From NCBI GenBank assembly GCA_965223335.1, contig OZ244991.1, positions 320,001-384,000 on the forward strand: DNA of 64,000 nt, read 5' to 3'. This stretch comes from Thermodesulfobacteriota bacterium. Its GTDB lineage: Bacteria; Desulfobacterota_D; UBA1144; Nemesobacterales; UBA2774. The first letter of the stretch is position 1. Each line of letters begins with the position of its first letter. The translations under genes and the position numbers were made by a program. Below are positions 39,854 to 50,012 of this stretch, piece by piece. The notes beneath the pieces are model-generated. The model worked only from the letters and a program-made list of their open reading frames with translations. It was not told where the DNA came from and did not search any database.

Positions 39854-42800
39854 TTACTTCTTTCGCGAGAAATCATGGAGTAGGTTTAGGTTTGTGGTTA
39901 CGAGGTCGTGTACATCGGGAAAATCCTTTTTCGTAAAAACCTTAAGCGCCTCGTTATAAGCCTCGATCGCTTTTTCGCAATTCCCAGCCTTGTTTTGAAT
40001 CTCTGCAAGTGTGGTATATGCCCCACCTATGTTGTTTTGGGTAGTCGCGTACTGCATGGGGTATTGCTCTATTGTGTAGATAATAAGTGCTGTTTCGTAG
40101 GCCTTAATCGCTTTTTTACAGTTCCTAGCCTTATCCTCCGATTCGGCCAAGGTCCTATAAACCACACCTAAGTTGTTCTGTGTACCCGCAAATTGAATCG
40201 GAAACTGTTGAATGGAGCGCACCTTGAGTGCTTCCTCGTATGATTTTATGGCCTTTTTGCAGTTTGCAGTCTTCTCCTCTACATCGGCAAGGGTCCTAAA
40301 TGCTGTGCCCAGGTTGTTTTGTGTCGAGCCGTACTGTACCGGGTATTCATCCTTGTTATACACCCTAAGTGATTCGTTATAGGCTTTTATAGCCCTTTTA
40401 CAGTTCTTGCCCTTATCCAGGGCTTCGGCAAGGGTCCTGTAAATGACCCCAATGTTGTTCTGCGTGGCAGCATACTCAACCGGGTATTCGTTTACGGTGT
40501 AGAATTTGAGTGTTTGTTCATAAGCCTTTATGGACCTCTTGCAATTGTTCTCGGTATCCTCATACTCAGCAAGGCTCTTATAGAGTGCTCCAAGGTAATC
40601 CTGAATAGTAGCATACTCGTCTGGGTAACTCTGGAGGCTGTAATAATTTGTGCATAACTCATATGCCTCACACGCTTTTTTACAGTTTGCTATTCGGTCC
40701 TCCCATTCTGCAAGCGCCCTGTATATATGGCCTATGTTCCTGTTAATAAGCCCGTAGTCTGCGAGCGAGGTCTCGGGGGTATAGACCTTCAATGCGTCTG
40801 TGTACTCAGAGATGGCATTATGATAGTTCTCTTTTACCTGCTCGCCGTTCTCGGCAAGTTTACCGTATGCTATTCCGGTATATTTTTTTATCTCTCCATA
40901 CTCCAGCGGGTTCGTGCTTCTTTTATAAATTTTAAGCGACTCACGATACGCATTCGTGGCCCTGATATAGTTGGCAATCTCTCCCTCGACTTCTGCAATA
41001 ATGCTCGAGGCAAGCCCCACATTCTTTTGCACGGCACCGTATTCTGCGGGGAATTTATCAGGATCGAAAACTTGGAGCGTCAGCATATAAGAGGTCACAG
41101 CCTCTTTATAATGTGTGATCTCTCCCTCAATCTCAGCAAGTGTGATTAAGATGTCGCCAATATTTTTTTGAATTACACCGAACACAAACGGCGATTTGCC
41201 GACTGAGTAAATCTTTAGCGATTCGGTGTAGCAATCGATCGCCTTTCTCATTTTCTTAATGTCGCTATCGGTCTTGGAATACATATGATACGTATAGCCC
41301 AGGTTACGATATACCAACCCGTACTGTGTAGGGTAGTCGGCTCTATTATAGACCTTTAACGACTCCTCATAGGATTTGATCGATTTCCTAAAAGCATTGG
41401 GTTTGGCCCCTTCCTCTGCGATCTTTCGGTATGAATTTGCAATCTTATAATGTGCGTCTGCAAATTCTTCGGGCGAGGTCTCAACATCGAGTGATTTGAG
41501 CGCATTTTCGTGGAACTGAATAGCTTCTTTGGGATCCGCAAACTCCTCTGACTCCGCTTGATCGGGCATCTCGGCACTATCGCGCACAGCCTGTTCGGTT
41601 GTTTTCTCTACTGTAATGGTCTTTGTGTCTGAAGCAGCTTTTTTCCTCCTCCGCTCTTTTACCTCTTTTAATTCCACAACTTCTGCAATCTCTTCTTTTT
41701 TTGTTTCCGTTTCTTTTTTGTCGGGTGAAGGGATTTTTGCGGCACGTAAAGATGCTACGGCTTCTTTGGCTTTGTTGTAGACCGACTCGGCATCGTTGTG
41801 CAAATCAGGGCTGTCCTTTTTGTTATAAACCAATAGCGCCTGCCGAGAGGCCTTGAGTACATTGTTGTAGAGTGTCGGGCTTTGATCGAGTTCGGCTAAT
41901 TGAAGGTAGAGGTTTGAGAGTTTGTACTGCACAAATCCATAATCTTCAGGTGAGTTATCTAATGTATAGAATTCCAGTGCTTGCTCGTAGGAACTGATGG
42001 CTTTTTGAATATTATTTTTGGAACTCTCTGTTTTCAGGAGCTCAGTATAGGCAGTGCCTAGGTTCTTATGGGCACACGCAAACTCCTCTGGGCTATCCTC
42101 GAGGTTATATCTCTCGGCGGCTTTCTCATAGAATACTATATCATTGCCTTCCTCAGACAACACATTTTCCAAGACAATAGGTTCTTCCTCATTCTTGACT
42201 TCTTCTGCACGTAACTGCTCGAGGACCTCGTTTGAGTTCGTTATCCACTCGCGAACTTTTGCCAGTGTATCCTTGTCGGTAATTACTTTTTCCGCTTCCT
42301 CAAATGCATCGAGAGCCTTGGTGTGGTTCTCCTCCTTTTTATCCTCATCCGTGATTGAGCAGAGTGCTATCCCCAGCATAAGTTTTGTCAGTGCATACTC
42401 TTGTTCATCCTTTTGGTCCTTATAGTGCTTGAGTGCCGAGTTATAGTACTCAACGGCCTCATTGTACTTGGAGTGATCTTTATCGCTTGAGGCCTGTGCG
42501 CTGTAGGCATCGCCAAGGCGCTTTGAGATCGATGCGAACCTAAGCGGCATAACTTTTGGGTCTAGTAGTTCCAGTGTTTCTTTTAAAATAGCGAGCTCTT
42601 TATCCGGGTCTTTATGGGCCGTTTCAGAGATTAATACGAATCTTTCTATGATTTGATCATAAAGCTCAGGGGCATGTTTCTCTAGATTGTGGGTGTTGTA
42701 AGCACCAAGTGCATCACGCACATGGCCAAGAGCTGCCTCGTTATCGTTTGAGTCCTGCGAGCTTTCGGAAAGTCCTAAATAAGCCACTGTGAGCTTTTTA

Positions 42801-45800
42801 GATACCGAGTCGTAGGGCTCGGGCTCTTTGTCATGGTCTAGGTTTTGAAGCACGCTATTGTAATATTCCACGGCCTCGATCAGGTTCGAAGACCTGTCCT
42901 TGCTATCGGTATGATTTACGAGTGTATCGGCTAATCTAAGCTCTAGCCCCCCATAAATCTTAGCCATTGTGCTTTTATCACAAAGAGTTAAAAGTACTTT
43001 ATAGATCCCGATCTCTTTAACCCTGTCTTTGTGCTCAACTGAAGAAATCGCATCGCTAAAATCACTTAGATCTTGATCAATCCCCATTTTTTCGGGATCT
43101 AGCCCGGCTGATGCAAATGCTTGATATGCATTGTTAAAGGCTTTAACAGAGTTTATTAAATCCTTGGGCTCACCCTTCTGCTTAGCACAAAGTGCATGTG
43201 CCCGCCCAAGCCTACTTTGAGTAAGACCAAAATCCCCGGGGTTGTGGTCTTCCGTAACATACCCGCTAACGCTTTCGAGATACCTAACGGCATCGGCAGC
43301 TTTGTTGTCTCTCAGACACTGCTCTGCCACACGCATATGCAGGTTTCCCAGATTCGTTTTGATACTATCAATATCATCAGCAGCTTCGGCTTCGAGAACC
43401 TTATTGTAGTATCCAACAGCACTCGTAAAGTTGTCGTGTTCACCACTCGTTTCGAATAACTCTTTTTGAATATCCCCTAGTCGCGTGCAAAGTGCGCTAT
43501 GCTCAACCGCCATCTGAGACTCATCCGTAATCTCGAGCACACTCTCCAAGAGATCAGTTGAATGCTCTCCTGCTTCTATCTCTTTCTCTAAAACGGTTTT
43601 AACAAGACTCTTTATGCCTTCGATTACCTCTTGATATTTCTCTGGCTCGTTTTCTTCACTGTACACACTTAGTGAATTCTTATACGCTTCAATTTCGTTT
43701 GTTATGTAATCGGATTTAGTATTTAGCTCATTTAGCAACCCGTAACTATGAGCGATCTGTTTTTGTATCTGGGCGTACTGCTCGGGGTATTTTTCCTGTG
43801 TATAGAGGTTTAGTGCCTCGCCTAATGCATCGATACCCCCGGTTAATTTGTCTATATCCTTTGCGGACTCCCCTTCCGATAACAACAGTTCCCCTATTAT
43901 TTTCGTTATCTCTGCATAGTCCTCGGGGTGATCACTCGAATTATAGAACTCGAGTGCGTCCCGATACCTTGATACTGCTGAGTCTAGGGACTCATCCCGA
44001 CCGAGTTGGGCAGCAGCTTCAACATAAAGATCCCCCACCACACGGTTCACATTTCCCAGCGTTTGCTCTTTGGTGTCTTTAGCCTTGGCTGCGGTGGCTG
44101 CCTCATAGAACTGAATGGCACTTAGGTAATCATCTTTATTCCCTGACTCCCTGGCAAGATCGGTGTATAGGGAACCGAGCTTGATTTGCACCGATTCCAG
44201 GTTCTCGCACATAGCATCCACATCAAATTTTTCCAAGATCTGTTTGTAAAGCAAAACCAGATCATCACTCTCAAGTTCAAGCCCGTTTAACAATTCCACT
44301 ACCCGTTTTAGTGCAAACGAGATATTCTCCAATCCAACTTCATTTTTATCCGCCTCATATGCCACAAGCGCACCGTGGTATGCGTTTAGCGCGTCTGATA
44401 TGTGGCTCTTATCCTTAGTTCCTTTGGCTTGGTTGGAGTAAGAGTCCCCAAGGGCCTCTTGAATAGATGCGTAGTTGTCCGGGTGATTGTCTCTATCAAA
44501 TATCTCAAGGGCCCTAACAAGATACTCCCTGCCCTGTTCGTATGCATCTTTTTCGACATGGCTTATCCCCGCTTCCAGCAAGGCGTTGCCGAGGCTCTTC
44601 TGAGACTCAGTATGCTCTGCACTATCCAAATCCTTAGCACTTAAATCCCGCGCCTTTTCATAATGCTCCACAGCCCGCTCACTGTTACTCGCGAACTCCT
44701 CTTGTCGTGATAGCGTAATATAGGCGTTGCCCATCCGCAGATGAATACCGGCATGCTCTAGGGGTTGATCACTATCAGCGTAATAATCGAGGCAGTCCGT
44801 AAAATTCTCGAGCGCTAATTTATATCTTTCTACATCATTTTCCTTCTCGGCAATTAATGCATAGATAGAGCCGATCTCTTTTTTAAGCAGTGCATATTCA
44901 TCAGGATAATCGTCCTTTCCGTAAACTTTAAGGGCTTCCTCGTAGGCCTCTATGGCCATTGTACTGTTTTCCACTAAGCCCTTCTCGTCCTCAAACAATC
45001 GGTACACGTCACCCAGCTTCTTTAGCGTTGCCGCATACTCAACCGGGGAGTGCTCAATATCGTAGCTCTTTAGTGCTTTTTCATAGAAGCTAATCGCTTG
45101 GTAGGGATCGCTTAACTCTGTTTCCCCAACCAGTTCATAGCTCTTAGCCAAGAGTTTCTGCAATTCCATGTGCCCTGCGGGGTATTTATCTTCGGTAAAC
45201 ACACCTAGTGATTCCTCAAGATACTGGGCAACTTGAGTGAGATTAACATCTTGCTCTCGATCCTCATACAATTCCAGATACGCATAACCTAAACCCATAT
45301 TGATAAACCCATAATTAAGAGGCGAGGCATCTTTATCGCATTGCTCCAAAGCGGCTTTTAGCTCTGATATTGCCGCCTCATAGCTATGAGTCTTATGTTC
45401 GTGCTCAGCTATGGATAGATAAGCAATGCCAAGATTCTGCTTTAGCTGCATCCGTGTTGCTTTCAGAGTGTCCTTGGGTTGGGAGCTATCTAACTCTTTA
45501 TACAGATTAAGAGCTTCTTTGTAACCCTCGGACTCTTGAGTGCACCAAGCACGCATCAGATGCGTAGAAGCAATATCCATTTCAATCGAACTCTGTTTAG
45601 ACTCCGCAGCGACCTCGGAATAGATCTCTTTTGCATCACTGAGTGCAGTCAAAGAGGTTTTGAAACCCTCCTCTGACGAACACTCTGTTGCAGCGCTTCG
45701 TGTATCGAGCCCGATATTTCTATTTAATAACGCTTCTCGGTACCTATATCCCTCGGCACTGTAAACATCCAAAGAAGATTTGTAGTAATCCAGAGACTTA

Positions 45801-48800
45801 TTAATCCCCTCACTCTCATGGCCGTCTGATAATGATGAGTTCACTACACCGAGGCTATTTTGCGCCCGGGCCCGATCAAGCTCGAACCCCTTATCCTCGT
45901 ATATATCGAGACTCTGTTCCAGCATCCCATGTGCTTCCTCGAGATGTTCGGTAGAACTCTCGAGCACAGATAAACCATGTTTTGAGATTGCGAGGTTTGA
46001 CAAAATGTCGGCTCTCAGCAATTCGTCGTTACCGCTTTTCACGCTGTTTAGTGCTTGGCTAAGCAGTTGATCAGCCAACTGTGTATCCTTAGAGGACGCT
46101 TCTATGGACGATAGGAAATTATGAGCTGCACCCAAATTACTCTTTACCGTAGCGCACTTACGTGGATAGCCCTCTATCTCGGGAGTATCTAGAACTTCGT
46201 TTAGAATCTCTATGGACTTTTTACAGTTTTTTACACTGTCCTCGCAATCGGCCAGTGTTAGGTATGCGGCACCCAGGTTATTACGAATCTTTAGATGGTT
46301 AATCACACTATCACCAGAGTCATACTCCCTAAGGGCCCTCTCGTAGGCCTGAATGGCCTTTCTACTGTTCTTTGCCCTATCCGTTTTTTCGGCCAATGAC
46401 CTGTAGATATTGCCCAGATTGTTTAGTATCAGAGCCGAGTATTTTTCGTTGCCCTCTCCATCCAATACTCTAAGAGCATCCTCATATGAGGCCTCGGCCA
46501 TATCTATTGACTTGGTCTCTTTAGAGATTCTTGCAATGTATGAGTAATTTAGGCCCAGTTTGCACTTAAGCTCCCCGTAATCCTCGGGAAAATCGCTCTC
46601 GGTAGAGATCTCGAGCGCGGATAAATAGTAGTCAATCGATTTCTCAAACTGCTCCAAATCCAGTTTGTATATACCCAGATTTCTATAGATATCGCCTAAA
46701 TTACTGCAGATCATTGCGTATTGGAGAGGATAATCACCAAAAGTATAAAATTTGAGAGCGTTCTCATAGCATTCAATAGCGTCATCAAAATTCCCAGATT
46801 CGCTTTGAGCACGGTAAAGCTTTTGTAAAGCAAGGCCCATGTTGAATTGGATCATGCCAAATTTATCAGGGTAGTCCTCCGAGACATAAACCCTAATTGC
46901 CTCTTTATATGAATCTATAGCTTTACTCGAGTTGTGGGCCTCATCCTCAACATCCGCAAGTGTGCTGTATGCAACACCCAGATTGTTATGGGTCATTGCA
47001 TAATCCAATGGTGCCTCCTCTATGTTCCTTATCTTAAGGGATTCTTCATAAGCCTTAATAGCCCTCTTTGAGTTCTCCGCAGCACCGTGTAGTTCGGCAA
47101 GCGTGCTGTAAGCGTTGCCCAAATTGTTGTAGGTAGTCGAGTATTCTTGGGGATATTTGCCAAGGGTATATATCTCTAAAGCCTCACGATAACACCCAAT
47201 GGCCTTAGTGCAATTAGCGCTATCGTTCTCAATCTGAGCCAGCATGTCATATGCGGCACCCATATTATTTAGGAGAGATGCATATTCAGCGGTCGATTTA
47301 TTTTTCTTATAGTAGTTGTATGCAGTGGTATATGATTTGATAGCGTCCACACAATTTGCACCCTCACCCTCATACTCGGCTAAAGTCCTGTAGGCATCGC
47401 CAAGCAGTTTTGACACAAATGCGTACTGCTCTTTATTTTTAAGAGCCTTGTACTGATGCATCGCCTTTTTGTAGGAATCGATTGCTTGCGAGATGTTACT
47501 TGCAATGGGTCCGTTGTGTTCAAGCAAGAGGTAAATATCACCTAAGGTTCTTAGTAGCCCTGCACTCTCTTCTTTTTCATCCAAAGCATTAAAAACATCT
47601 AAAGCGCTGTTTAGCACCTCGATTGACTCTATTAGCTGATTCTCTCCCCCGGTGTCTTGTTCACGCGAGAGTTTAAACTGTGCAATCCCCAAGTCTCTGG
47701 TTATGGTTGCAAAATCCAATGGATAGTTGTCTTTGTTAAAATAAGTTAGAGCATCACTAAAGTCTTCAAGTGCAGTCTTTGCGTAATCATTATTTGGTTC
47801 CGCCTCTACAAGTGAGATGTGCACATTGCCTTTATTTCTTTTGATGTCTGCGCATTCGTACGGATTATTACCGGTGATATAAAACTCCAGAGCACTATCG
47901 TATGCCGCGAGCGCATTGTTGTAGTTCTCAACCGGGTTCTCTGCCAACGCCAGCGTTGTAAACGATAGGGCTAGGTTTTGGTTTATTATTGCGTTTATCA
48001 TAGGGTCTAAGTCACTGGACAATGCGGATTTGTAGTAAGTAATAGCTTTTTTACAGTTCCTAGTTCTATTGCGGTCAAAGCCTTGTATGGTGTGAGCAAG
48101 ACCCAAATTGTTATTTATATGAGTGTGAATTGCGGGGAATTGTTCTTTTGTAAAATAGCCTAGTGCATTCTCGTAATGCTCAATTGCAATATCACAGTTT
48201 TCACTCCTGGAACTATACGCAGCCAAAAGCACATAGAGATCAGCAATATTGCGTCTCGTATTAGACACTACGTCCTCGGCGTGGTCTTCGTTCTCTATAA
48301 TTCTCGTGAGCAGCCCTAATGCTTTACGATACAATTTAATTCTTTGCTCGGCACTACAGTCTTCTTCTTTCGCAAGTTCTCTATAGAGATAGCCCAAAAA
48401 ACTGTTTATTTGCCAAGGCATATCGCTTTTAATTCTGCTCTCTATGCCCTTTAGCCTTTTTACTATCTTATCCAGCTGATCTACGTTAAAACCTTTTTCA
48501 TCAAAGTAGATCTCGGACAGTTCGAATGCCAAGTCGCTGGATTGATTGGTCTTATTCTTGTTTATATTCTTAACCGTTGATAAAGCGTCAACCAGATAGA
48601 CCTCGATGGTATGGCGTATATATTTAGGCAAATAATGGGATATACGCTCGTATGGGCTACCCTGTTCGCTTGATCTAAGGTCGCTATCGACAGTGATTGT
48701 TGGGAAGCTGTCGGTCTGGGTTAAGTTAGAGATAAAGGTTTTTGTTAAACCGGTATCATCACTTTGTTGCGTATGCGATTCGTCTGAGCTAAGAGCCGTT

Positions 48801-49132
48801 TTTTCATCCTGAATAGTAAGTACGGATGTGTTGTTGCCCCTAAGAAAACCGTACTCATATAAAAGTGCCGGGCTATAACCGTCTAGCACCAAAATCCCCA
48901 AAGCCGTGTCGGTCGCAAGTTTTTCAAACCGCTCCCTAAATTGACTGGGGCTAGTATTTTTTTCGGTTATGGATTCAACCTTAAACCCATACGACGACAG
49001 GACATCTCTAAGAGGGTTTACAATTTCATTTACATACTCTACGTCGCTATGGTCGGGGTGTACGATAAGGCAGGGAATCTCGCCTTGAGTAATCAGCTTG
49101 TTTATTGCATTTAGACTTCGGTTCGCTTTCAT
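39854..49132 (-). CDS. Giant (3092 aa) tetratricopeptide-repeat protein with N-terminal TIR/nucleoside-deoxyribosyltransferase-like domain
   Basis: Dozens of ~47-aa repeats YAxTQNNLGxAYxxLA...NCKKAIxAYEEALKVYT...YP; N-term CLIVHP...LRDVLSSYGF...LGILVLDGYSPALLYEYGFLRGNNTSVLTI; no signal peptide. Confidence 0.9.
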   Translation of the reverse strand: MKANRSLNAINKLITQGEIPCLIVHPDHSDVEYVNEIVNPLRDVLSSYGFKVESITEKNTSPSQFRERFEKLATDTALGILVLDGYSPALLYEYGFLRGNNTSVLTIQDEKTALSSDESHTQQSDDTGLTKTFISNLTQTDSFPTITVDSDLRSSEQGSPYERISHYLPKYIRHTIEVYLVDALSTVKNINKNKTNQSSDLAFELSEIYFDEKGFNVDQLDKIVKRLKGIESRIKSDMPWQINSFLGYLYRELAKEEDCSAEQRIKLYRKALGLLTRIIENEDHAEDVVSNTRRNIADLYVLLAAYSSRSENCDIAIEHYENALGYFTKEQFPAIHTHINNNLGLAHTIQGFDRNRTRNCKKAITYYKSALSSDLDPMINAIINQNLALSFTTLALAENPVENYNNALAAYDSALEFYITGNNPYECADIKRNKGNVHISLVEAEPNNDYAKTALEDFSDALTYFNKDNYPLDFATITRDLGIAQFKLSREQDTGGENQLIESIEVLNSALDVFNALDEKEESAGLLRTLGDIYLLLEHNGPIASNISQAIDSYKKAMHQYKALKNKEQYAFVSKLLGDAYRTLAEYEGEGANCVDAIKSYTTAYNYYKKNKSTAEYASLLNNMGAAYDMLAQIENDSANCTKAIGCYREALEIYTLGKYPQEYSTTYNNLGNAYSTLAELHGAAENSKRAIKAYEESLKIRNIEEAPLDYAMTHNNLGVAYSTLADVEDEAHNSSKAIDSYKEAIRVYVSEDYPDKFGMIQFNMGLALQKLYRAQSESGNFDDAIECYENALKFYTFGDYPLQYAMICSNLGDIYRNLGIYKLDLEQFEKSIDYYLSALEISTESDFPEDYGELKCKLGLNYSYIARISKETKSIDMAEASYEDALRVLDGEGNEKYSALILNNLGNIYRSLAEKTDRAKNSRKAIQAYERALREYDSGDSVINHLKIRNNLGAAYLTLADCEDSVKNCKKSIEILNEVLDTPEIEGYPRKCATVKSNLGAAHNFLSSIEASSKDTQLADQLLSQALNSVKSGNDELLRADILSNLAISKHGLSVLESSTEHLEEAHGMLEQSLDIYEDKGFELDRARAQNSLGVVNSSLSDGHESEGINKSLDYYKSSLDVYSAEGYRYREALLNRNIGLDTRSAATECSSEEGFKTSLTALSDAKEIYSEVAAESKQSSIEMDIASTHLMRAWCTQESEGYKEALNLYKELDSSQPKDTLKATRMQLKQNLGIAYLSIAEHEHKTHSYEAAISELKAALEQCDKDASPLNYGFINMGLGYAYLELYEDREQDVNLTQVAQYLEESLGVFTEDKYPAGHMELQKLLAKSYELVGETELSDPYQAISFYEKALKSYDIEHSPVEYAATLKKLGDVYRLFEDEKGLVENSTMAIEAYEEALKVYGKDDYPDEYALLKKEIGSIYALIAEKENDVERYKLALENFTDCLDYYADSDQPLEHAGIHLRMGNAYITLSRQEEFASNSERAVEHYEKARDLSAKDLDSAEHTESQKSLGNALLEAGISHVEKDAYEQGREYLVRALEIFDRDNHPDNYASIQEALGDSYSNQAKGTKDKSHISDALNAYHGALVAYEADKNEVGLENISFALKRVVELLNGLELESDDLVLLYKQILEKFDVDAMCENLESVQIKLGSLYTDLARESGNKDDYLSAIQFYEAATAAKAKDTKEQTLGNVNRVVGDLYVEAAAQLGRDESLDSAVSRYRDALEFYNSSDHPEDYAEITKIIGELLLSEGESAKDIDKLTGGIDALGEALNLYTQEKYPEQYAQIQKQIAHSYGLLNELNTKSDYITNEIEAYKNSLSVYSEENEPEKYQEVIEGIKSLVKTVLEKEIEAGEHSTDLLESVLEITDESQMAVEHSALCTRLGDIQKELFETSGEHDNFTSAVGYYNKVLEAEAADDIDSIKTNLGNLHMRVAEQCLRDNKAADAVRYLESVSGYVTEDHNPGDFGLTQSRLGRAHALCAKQKGEPKDLINSVKAFNNAYQAFASAGLDPEKMGIDQDLSDFSDAISSVEHKDRVKEIGIYKVLLTLCDKSTMAKIYGGLELRLADTLVNHTDSKDRSSNLIEAVEYYNSVLQNLDHDKEPEPYDSVSKKLTVAYLGLSESSQDSNDNEAALGHVRDALGAYNTHNLEKHAPELYDQIIERFVLISETAHKDPDKELAILKETLELLDPKVMPLRFASISKRLGDAYSAQASSDKDHSKYNEAVEYYNSALKHYKDQKDEQEYALTKLMLGIALCSITDEDKKEENHTKALDAFEEAEKVITDKDTLAKVREWITNSNEVLEQLRAEEVKNEEEPIVLENVLSEEGNDIVFYEKAAERYNLEDSPEEFACAHKNLGTAYTELLKTESSKNNIQKAISSYEQALEFYTLDNSPEDYGFVQYKLSNLYLQLAELDQSPTLYNNVLKASRQALLVYNKKDSPDLHNDAESVYNKAKEAVASLRAAKIPSPDKKETETKKEEIAEVVELKEVKERRRKKAASDTKTITVEKTTEQAVRDSAEMPDQAESEEFADPKEAIQFHENALKSLDVETSPEEFADAHYKIANSYRKIAEEGAKPNAFRKSIKSYEESLKVYNRADYPTQYGLVYRNLGYTYHMYSKTDSDIKKMRKAIDCYTESLKIYSVGKSPFVFGVIQKNIGDILITLAEIEGEITHYKEAVTSYMLTLQVFDPDKFPAEYGAVQKNVGLASSIIAEVEGEIANYIRATNAYRESLKIYKRSTNPLEYGEIKKYTGIAYGKLAENGEQVKENYHNAISEYTDALKVYTPETSLADYGLINRNIGHIYRALAEWEDRIANCKKACEAYELCTNYYSLQSYPDEYATIQDYLGALYKSLAEYEDTENNCKRSIKAYEQTLKFYTVNEYPVEYAATQNNIGVIYRTLAEALDKGKNCKRAIKAYNESLRVYNKDEYPVQYGSTQNNLGTAFRTLADVEEKTANCKKAIKSYEEALKVRSIQQFPIQFAGTQNNLGVVYRTLAESEDKARNCKKAIKAYETALIIYTIEQYPMQYATTQNNIGGAYTTLAEIQNKAGNCEKAIEAYNEALKVFTKKDFPDVHDLVTTNLNLLHDFSRKK

Positions 49133-49287
49133 TTATCTGATTATATAGCGCAAAACAATTTCCATTCAACTATTAATTATACACAGGGGGTGGCAATACA
49201 AAATTAAAGAATTACTAATTTTTACAGCTAGTTACACGGCACGAAGAGAACAAATATCAGGGGTAGTTTGGAACATAAAACTACATA

Positions 49288-49320
49288 GAAGCGGGGTTAT
49301 GAGTATCCGAATCCCGCTTC
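49288..49320 (-). terminator. Riboswitch expression-platform hairpin (putative terminator)
   Basis: GAAGCGGG / CCCGCTTC stem overlapping the aptamer 3' P1 strand, followed on minus by UAUGUAGUUUUAU (imperfect U tract). Confidence 0.6.
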
Positions 49321-49415
49321 GGCAACCCAGCCGCCGACTAGTGCTTATCCAAGCACCTTAGGCCTGTGGTTTTGCGTCCCATCTTTTCAGATGGTTTGCC
49401 CCTTCGTTCCGGGAC
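49311..49415 (-). ncRNA. Cyclic di-GMP-I (GEMM-I) riboswitch
   Basis: Minus strand GGGGCAAA-CCAUCU-GAAA-AGAUGG-GACGCAAA-ACCACAGGCCUAAG-GUGCUU/AAGCAC-...GGCGGCUGGGUUGCCGA matches the c-di-GMP-I core (GNRA P2, GACGCAAA junction, CCUAAG receptor). Confidence 0.93.
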
Positions 49416-49434
49416 CACCAACTCCCTTATACAA

Positions 49435-49463
49435 ACCTTATAGCTAGTTTCTATTTGTGTCAA
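49435..49463 (-). promoter_or_regulatory. Sigma-70 promoter driving the riboswitch leader
   Basis: Minus strand TTGACA-N17-TAAGGT, about 20 nt upstream of the aptamer. Confidence 0.7.
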
Positions 49464-49574
49464 TACAACCTACCTGCAACATTAAAAAAACTACCCCCTG
49501 ACCCCGGTCGGTCGGTTGCAATTCCCAGCTGGAAAGATCGGTTTATTCAATACGCACCGAACATTACGATTAAA

Positions 49575-50012
49575 TCAAACACCATCGACTTTTTTAAAGC
49601 ACTTACTACAGAACTCGCTGCCGCTAACAATCTGGTTGCCGCACTCACACGTGCCCATTATTTCAGGTTTGGAAAGGGCTTTTAATCTCCCAAGCGCTTT
49701 TTGGGCATCCTGGTGTACAAGCTCGAGTTCCTCTCTGCATCTGTCGATCTCTTCATATATCTGCTCGATCTCCTTACATTTCTCCATTACACCGTCTTCG
49801 TTTATCTTGCCCTTATACTTGTACATCTTATAGACCAAATTCCCGACGGCCTCGGTACTTGTCCTTCTGCGTTTAGATAGGCTACGTATCCGGTTTTTTA
49901 TTCTTATCACCCCATACGCCTCTTTAGACCTTATATTTACAATCCTCAACCCCCTCCCAATACCTACCTTTATTTTGTCCAGTATCTCATTCGGTTCGTT
50001 TATATCTGTCAT
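49575..50012 (-). CDS. Coiled-coil protein with C-terminal zinc ribbon
   Basis: Helical basic N-term; CECG....GSEFCSKC; SD GAGGA. Confidence 0.8.
   Translation of the reverse strand: MTDINEPNEILDKIKVGIGRGLRIVNIRSKEAYGVIRIKNRIRSLSKRRRTSTEAVGNLVYKMYKYKGKINEDGVMEKCKEIEQIYEEIDRCREELELVHQDAQKALGRLKALSKPEIMGTCECGNQIVSGSEFCSKCFKKVDGV

Larger units (their letters stand above)
49257..49501. repeat. Near-perfect inverted repeat pair bracketing promoter + riboswitch
   Basis: TCAGGGGTAGTTT (49257-49269) vs AAACTACCCCCTGA (49488-49501); differ by one C in the run. Confidence 0.6.

Noticed and set aside
39854..41400. Recurring DNA motifs in the TPR 3' region as a possible CRISPR array or DGR repeat pair
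   Set aside because: Degenerate in-frame protein repeats; no identical repeats with spacers, no cas or reverse transcriptase
49232..49276. 14-codon ORF (MFQTTPDICSLRAV) after the riboswitch
   Set aside because: No SD and too short to support
49311..49415. Possibility that the riboswitch is the cGAMP-sensing GEMM-Ib variant
   Set aside because: Discriminating position reads G, not A; not excluded without a binding assay
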